Part shown: positions 59,710-64,000 of the stretch, in pieces
Layout: each line of letters begins with the position of its first letter
How positions within the stretch are numbered: the stretch's first letter is position 1
Source: an uncultured Chlamydiae bacterium
GTDB taxonomy: Bacteria > Chlamydiota > Chlamydiia > Chlamydiales > JAJFMA01
Direction: 5' to 3'
DNA length: 64,000 bases
Assembly (NCBI GenBank): GCA_963713615.1
Contig: CAVQMM010000001.1
Span: 1,696,001 to 1,760,000, forward strand
Translations under genes and position numbers: made by a program
The notes under the pieces: generated by a model
Database searches by the model: none
Told to the model about the DNA's origin: nothing
What the model saw: the letters and a program-made list of their open reading frames with translations, nothing else

Positions 59710-60718
59710 GAAGGGTCGATATTGCAACAGGCCATGGAATCGCCCCATAGGCCTCAACCTAACAGGCCCTTTGGGCTTATGATTCAATGCTTTAAGGCTT
59801 TCTAGGCAACTCAAAAGGTTGGCTGGCGCAATTTCCTATGTGCGCAGTCATTCCATGACTGCGGACCAATCCGTTGCAATTGTGGAGACGTGCAAAACAA
59901 ACGTCCCATGTGATGCAAACAGAAGCTGTTTCAACCGTTCTCGCAGTCCTGGAATGACTGCGCCACAAAGGATTGCTTTTCATGAGGTTATGTGGGTGAA
60001 GGCCCATCCGCAGTCATGGAATGACTGCGCCACATAGGAAGCCTCGTCACTTTCGGATATTGGCGACGCAGCCGGTTGGGGCTCTAAAATGCTACGCGCA
60101 GATTGATGATTGTTAGGCTTAGGTTGAGGCCTATGGGGCATCGCCCTGGTGTATGCCAAGAAGTGATTTCGCAGTCTGAAAGACTGCCACAAAACGCCGG
60201 TTTACAACTCCGTCTATGCAAGCGCTTTATGGCAGCCCTACAGGCTGCGAAATCCATTCCTGGCATACACCAGGGCGATGCCCCATAGGCCTCAACCTAA
60301 GCCTAACAATCGTATCTCGGCGCGCAGCGCTTTGGAGTGCGGTCGCTTGCGACCGCTTTGGGTTCCTTGCGACGGTCGTGTGCAACGGCATTACTATAAT
60401 TCCCTAAGGGTAAAATAGTTAGTACATGCAGCCTTCGACGAATCCATACAATGCCGTTTAGCATTGCCGTCCCAAGGAACGAAAAGCGGTCGCAAGCGAC
60501 CGCACTCCAAAGCGCTGCGCGCCGAGATACGATTGTGAAGTCCTAAGTCATTGAGATATAAGCTCAAAAGACCTGTTAGGTTGAGGCCTATGGGGCGATG
60601 CCCTGGCCTGTTGCAATATCGCCCCTTCGGGCCTGGAAAGGGATGGCCTCTCTCTCTCTTTACCGACACTCGAGTTTCAGAAATTGACTTCGGGAAACCG
60701 GACTTCTGCAATTACCTC
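59710..60718. repeat. BIME-like mosaic of palindromic families E, C, E, A, E, D
   Basis: E 59710-59778; C units at 59835-59863, 59942-59967 and 60007-60038; E doublet 60110-60309; A 60306-60538; E 60560-60634; D 60702-60718. Confidence 0.85.
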
Positions 60719-60852
60719 TAAAGGACTTAGCAGGCATACTCTATAAGTCCCTTAGAAATAACACGCGCGCTGCGCGCGTGTTATTCTCAAACTTCTTTCC
60801 TATCCTATAAAAAAAAGTTTTTACGATCCGGTGTTACTGCTATAATGAAGTC

Positions 60853-62241
60853 ATGGCAGCAACACAGAAACGTCCAACAATCGCTCTTGTAGGTGCGGGC
60901 TTCTCAGGAATCGTCACAACTCTTGAGCTAGTCCAACAAGCCCAAAAGCCTATGGACATCATTCTCTTCGATCCGTCACCCTATGCGGGCTTCGGTGTCG
61001 CTTATGCTACCGACTGTCCCCTTCATCTTCTAAATGTTCCCGTAGAACGCATGGGGGCTTGGCATAGTCATCCCGAGCATTTCTTCACGTGGCTGCAGAA
61101 AAAACCTCACAAATGGCGTTCCCTACACCCATCCTTCACTCACTTGGATATCCAAAAAGGTATTTATGTGCCGCGCATGATCTATGGCAGCTATCTACAG
61201 GATCTCTGCGCCGACTCTGAAGCCTTAGCGTCCCAAAAATCTATCACAATCACCTGGAACAGAGAATCGGTTGTCGATGTAGACCCCTCTGCTGATGGAT
61301 TCACACTAATCACTGCCTCCGGATCCCCCATCGAAGCGCAAGGCCTCGTTATTGGGGTTGGGGTGCCCTGGACGAATCAGCTCGCTCAAAACACAGATTT
61401 AAAGAACCACCCAGGATATCTTGCAACTCCATGGCCTCAGCTAACAAACATGGAGCAGGCACGATCTCTGGTACAAACAAAGGCTACCATCGGACTCATT
61501 GGAAGTGGATTAACGATGCTGGACGTCTTGGCAACCCTGAAATCAGTCGACTTCTCCGGTAAGGTCATCCTCGTTTCTCGTAAGGGTCGCCTTCCACTAC
61601 CTCATAGCTATGCCAAATGGCCTTCCAAGCAATTCCCTGCACCAAGCGACTTTCCAACGACTGCAAAGGAACTTTTCCACAAAGTGCGCCAAGATTGCCA
61701 GCAGGCCCAAGATTGGCGCCACATTCTCGATGCCCTGAGGCCCATCACCCCCACTTTGTGGATGCGTCTGCCCCCGCCTGAGCAGAAAAAATTTCTAAGA
61801 CATCTTCTAAGCATCTGGAACTGCCACCGACATCGTGTTGCTCCAGAGGCGCTAGCCATCGTTGACTTTTTCAAGAGCCAGGATCGGATTGCATTCGCTA
61901 AAACAAAAGCCGTGGGATTACAAGCTCACGGTCAACAGGTTGATATCCTTACACCCCAAGGCCCCATCTGCGTCGACCTCGCAGTCAACTGCACCGGACC
62001 AGATTTTCGCATTGCAAAACATCCGTGTCTTTTAATACAGAATATCCTAAAAAGAAATTTGGCCATGCCAGACGTACTCGGTTATGGCTTCCGTGTGGAG
62101 GCTAGAGAAACGCTATCAAAGAGGCTTTTTGCTGTCGGAACCTTACTCTTTGGGACCTATTTTGAAACAATCGCAGTACCTGAAATTCGGCGACAGTGCC
62201 ATACGATAGCCTCTGATATTGTAAGCGGTGGATTACGATGA
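60853..62241 (+). CDS. FAD/NAD(P)-binding protein (YdhS/NAD_binding_9-like)
   Basis: IALVGAGFSG, GVAY.T..HLLNV, IGSGLTMLD, ETIAVPEIR. Confidence 0.88.
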   Translation: MAATQKRPTIALVGAGFSGIVTTLELVQQAQKPMDIILFDPSPYAGFGVAYATDCPLHLLNVPVERMGAWHSHPEHFFTWLQKKPHKWRSLHPSFTHLDIQKGIYVPRMIYGSYLQDLCADSEALASQKSITITWNRESVVDVDPSADGFTLITASGSPIEAQGLVIGVGVPWTNQLAQNTDLKNHPGYLATPWPQLTNMEQARSLVQTKATIGLIGSGLTMLDVLATLKSVDFSGKVILVSRKGRLPLPHSYAKWPSKQFPAPSDFPTTAKELFHKVRQDCQQAQDWRHILDALRPITPTLWMRLPPPEQKKFLRHLLSIWNCHRHRVAPEALAIVDFFKSQDRIAFAKTKAVGLQAHGQQVDILTPQGPICVDLAVNCTGPDFRIAKHPCLLIQNILKRNLAMPDVLGYGFRVEARETLSKRLFAVGTLLFGTYFETIAVPEIRRQCHTIASDIVSGGLR

Positions 62242-63638
62242 TTCTTCAGACCTTTTCCTATCCTGACTTAGCCATTCGTTCCTATGTCGTGGGCGATCCA
62301 GATAAACGAGAATGCGTAGTCATCGACCCTCCCCGCGTGACAACAGCCATTCAAACCTACCTAAAATTAGAGAATCTAAAGCTCAAAGCAATCCTAGAAA
62401 CACACGTGCATGCAGACTTCATTTCAGGAGCGCTGGAACTTAAGCACGCATACGATAACAAACCACTCATCTGCTGCTCCGAAGCTGGAGGAGCAGTCTG
62501 GCGCCCTCGGTACACAGATCGCGGCTTTAACGATGGCGACACTATTTCCTTAGGTTCGGTATTATTAAGAGCAAGGTATACCCCTGGACATACTCCAGAA
62601 CACCTCACCTGGCTATGCTTCGACCTCCACCGAAGTAACCAACATCCCGTTTGCGCTTTTACTGGCGATTTCCTCTTCGTCGGTGGGGTAGGCCGTCCTG
62701 ACCTCTTCGGGCCTAGCCTGATGCAACACCTTCTTAGAGAGCTGCACAAAAGCCTTTTTACACGCTTTGCTGATTTACCAGATGCCCTAAGGATTTTCCC
62801 ATCACACGGTGAGGGCTCTCTATGCGGCAAATCCATCGGAGCCGCCCCAAGTTCGACGCTTGGAGAGCAACGGCGTCTTAACCCAGCCTTTCAAGGCGCT
62901 GAGATGTCCTCCTGGCTTAATAATATGGAGACTAACATGCCGCTACCACCCAAAAACTTTGCTAGGAACAAAAAGCTCAACCTAGAAGGAACTCCTCTGT
63001 TGGAAACACTCCCCAAAGACAACCTTAAACCTACTTCGGAGCAAATCCAACAATTCGTCAAAACGGGATGGATTTTTGACTTCCGCGATCCTCAAGCCTT
63101 TGGCTATGGTCATGCACCCCGTGCTATAAACATCCCAGTAGGACCCTCCACAGGAAACTGGCTTGGCGGCTTTATACCCGAAGATGCCCCATTGCTATGC
63201 ATTCTGCCCTCTTTTGATGTTAAGGAGAGAATCGCAAATCTCATCCGCGTGCTAGGTTACAGCCAAGCTCTTTCATTCGTCTTGTGGGAGGATATCGACG
63301 AACAAGATGCCCCATCTACACCATTGGAGGCCATAACAGCGCAAAAGCTACACGATCTTCAGCAACAAAAAGATGGCAACTACATCATCGATGTGCGCAC
63401 TCCGGAGGAGTGGAAAGAGGGTCATTTGGAACAGGCCCATCATATTGAACTCTTCAAACTCACCGAGATGTTGCGTTTCATTCCTCGCGATCAAAAAATC
63501 ATCACTTACTGCAGAAGTGGTTCGCGGTCATCCATTGCAGCATCTATCCTTCAGAAGGAAGGTTTTAAAAAAGTCACGCACCTGTCAGGTGGGATCAAAG
63601 CATGGGAAGACTCATCTTTCCCAACAATCAAGGAGTAA
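62238..63638 (+). CDS. MBL-fold persulfide dioxygenase-rhodanese fusion (CstB/Blh-like)
   Basis: ETHVHADF, TPGHTPEH, GDFLF, PSHG. Two rhodanese domains with active-site YCRSGSRS. Confidence 0.9.
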   Translation: MILQTFSYPDLAIRSYVVGDPDKRECVVIDPPRVTTAIQTYLKLENLKLKAILETHVHADFISGALELKHAYDNKPLICCSEAGGAVWRPRYTDRGFNDGDTISLGSVLLRARYTPGHTPEHLTWLCFDLHRSNQHPVCAFTGDFLFVGGVGRPDLFGPSLMQHLLRELHKSLFTRFADLPDALRIFPSHGEGSLCGKSIGAAPSSTLGEQRRLNPAFQGAEMSSWLNNMETNMPLPPKNFARNKKLNLEGTPLLETLPKDNLKPTSEQIQQFVKTGWIFDFRDPQAFGYGHAPRAINIPVGPSTGNWLGGFIPEDAPLLCILPSFDVKERIANLIRVLGYSQALSFVLWEDIDEQDAPSTPLEAITAQKLHDLQQQKDGNYIIDVRTPEEWKEGHLEQAHHIELFKLTEMLRFIPRDQKIITYCRSGSRSSIAASILQKEGFKKVTHLSGGIKAWEDSSFPTIKE

Positions 63639-63641
63639 GCA

Positions 63642-64000
63642 ATGCAGAATGTATTGGAGAAACCACTTCAACTTGGCGATGAAGCGCCGGACTTTACAGC
63701 TCAAACTACCCAAGGTACCATTCGCTTTCATGAGTGGCTGGCTGGCTCTTGGACTGTATTTTTCTCGCACCCCAAGGACTTCACACCCGTCTGTACAACC
63801 GAATTAGGTTACGCCGCCAAAATTAAGGCTGAATTTGATAAACGCCAAGTCAAGATTATTTCCCTTAGTGTGAACGACCTTGACTCTCATAATCGCTGGA
63901 TTAAGGATATCAATGAGACCCAACATACCACTCTCAACTACCCCATGATCGCCGATCCCGATCGCAAGCTTGCTCTGCAGTACGGTATGATACATCCCAA
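63642..64000 (+). CDS. 1-Cys peroxiredoxin (Prx6), truncated by window edge
   Basis: MQNVLEKPLQLGDEAPDF..FFSHPKDFTPVCTTELG with an AGGAG RBS. Not in the ORF track. Confidence 0.93.
   Translation, partial: MQNVLEKPLQLGDEAPDFTAQTTQGTIRFHEWLAGSWTVFFSHPKDFTPVCTTELGYAAKIKAEFDKRQVKIISLSVNDLDSHNRWIKDINETQHTTLNYPMIADPDRKLALQYGMIHP

Noticed and set aside
63804..63995. Minus-strand 63-aa ORF and plus-strand 63373-63807 ORF
   Set aside because: Both overlap the real peroxiredoxin and rhodanese frames.

Overview
Probably chromosomal DNA from an environmental Chlamydiota bacterium. This is an inference from the Npt1/Tlc nucleotide transporter, the many signal-peptide paralog families and an Inc-like protein. 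(1) 114-26.8 kb is a dense paralog array of apparently exported modifying enzymes: 3 sulfotransferase-like, 6 FkbM methyltransferases, 5 GT-A-like, 3 GH130/GH43-like propellers and 2 DUF1796-like. It also holds 3 outer-membrane barrels, a propeller-FN3 protein and one divergent nucleotide transporter, but no nucleotide-sugar synthesis or export genes. (2) ppa, prfC and a patatin. (3) Three tandem secreted proteins with a TolA-like repeat stalk and a GT34-like head. (4) An APH-HAD-ybaL operon. (5) An RHS polymorphic-toxin island with three immunity paralogs, an orphan cassette and a 26-codon toxin-tip relic, bracketed by a 982-bp direct repeat of the ybaL 3' part. (6) An IS66 with an 8-bp TSD, 62-bp inverted repeats and an extra inward-facing tnpA. 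(7) An IS110 inserted into a REP-like palindrome, whose upstream non-coding hairpin carries guide-like matches to that target (bridge RNA candidate). (8) Many palindromic repeat families and a MITE. (9) An FAD protein / persulfide dioxygenase-rhodanese / 1-Cys peroxiredoxin operon. All family assignments come from motif recognition by eye; no searches were run.
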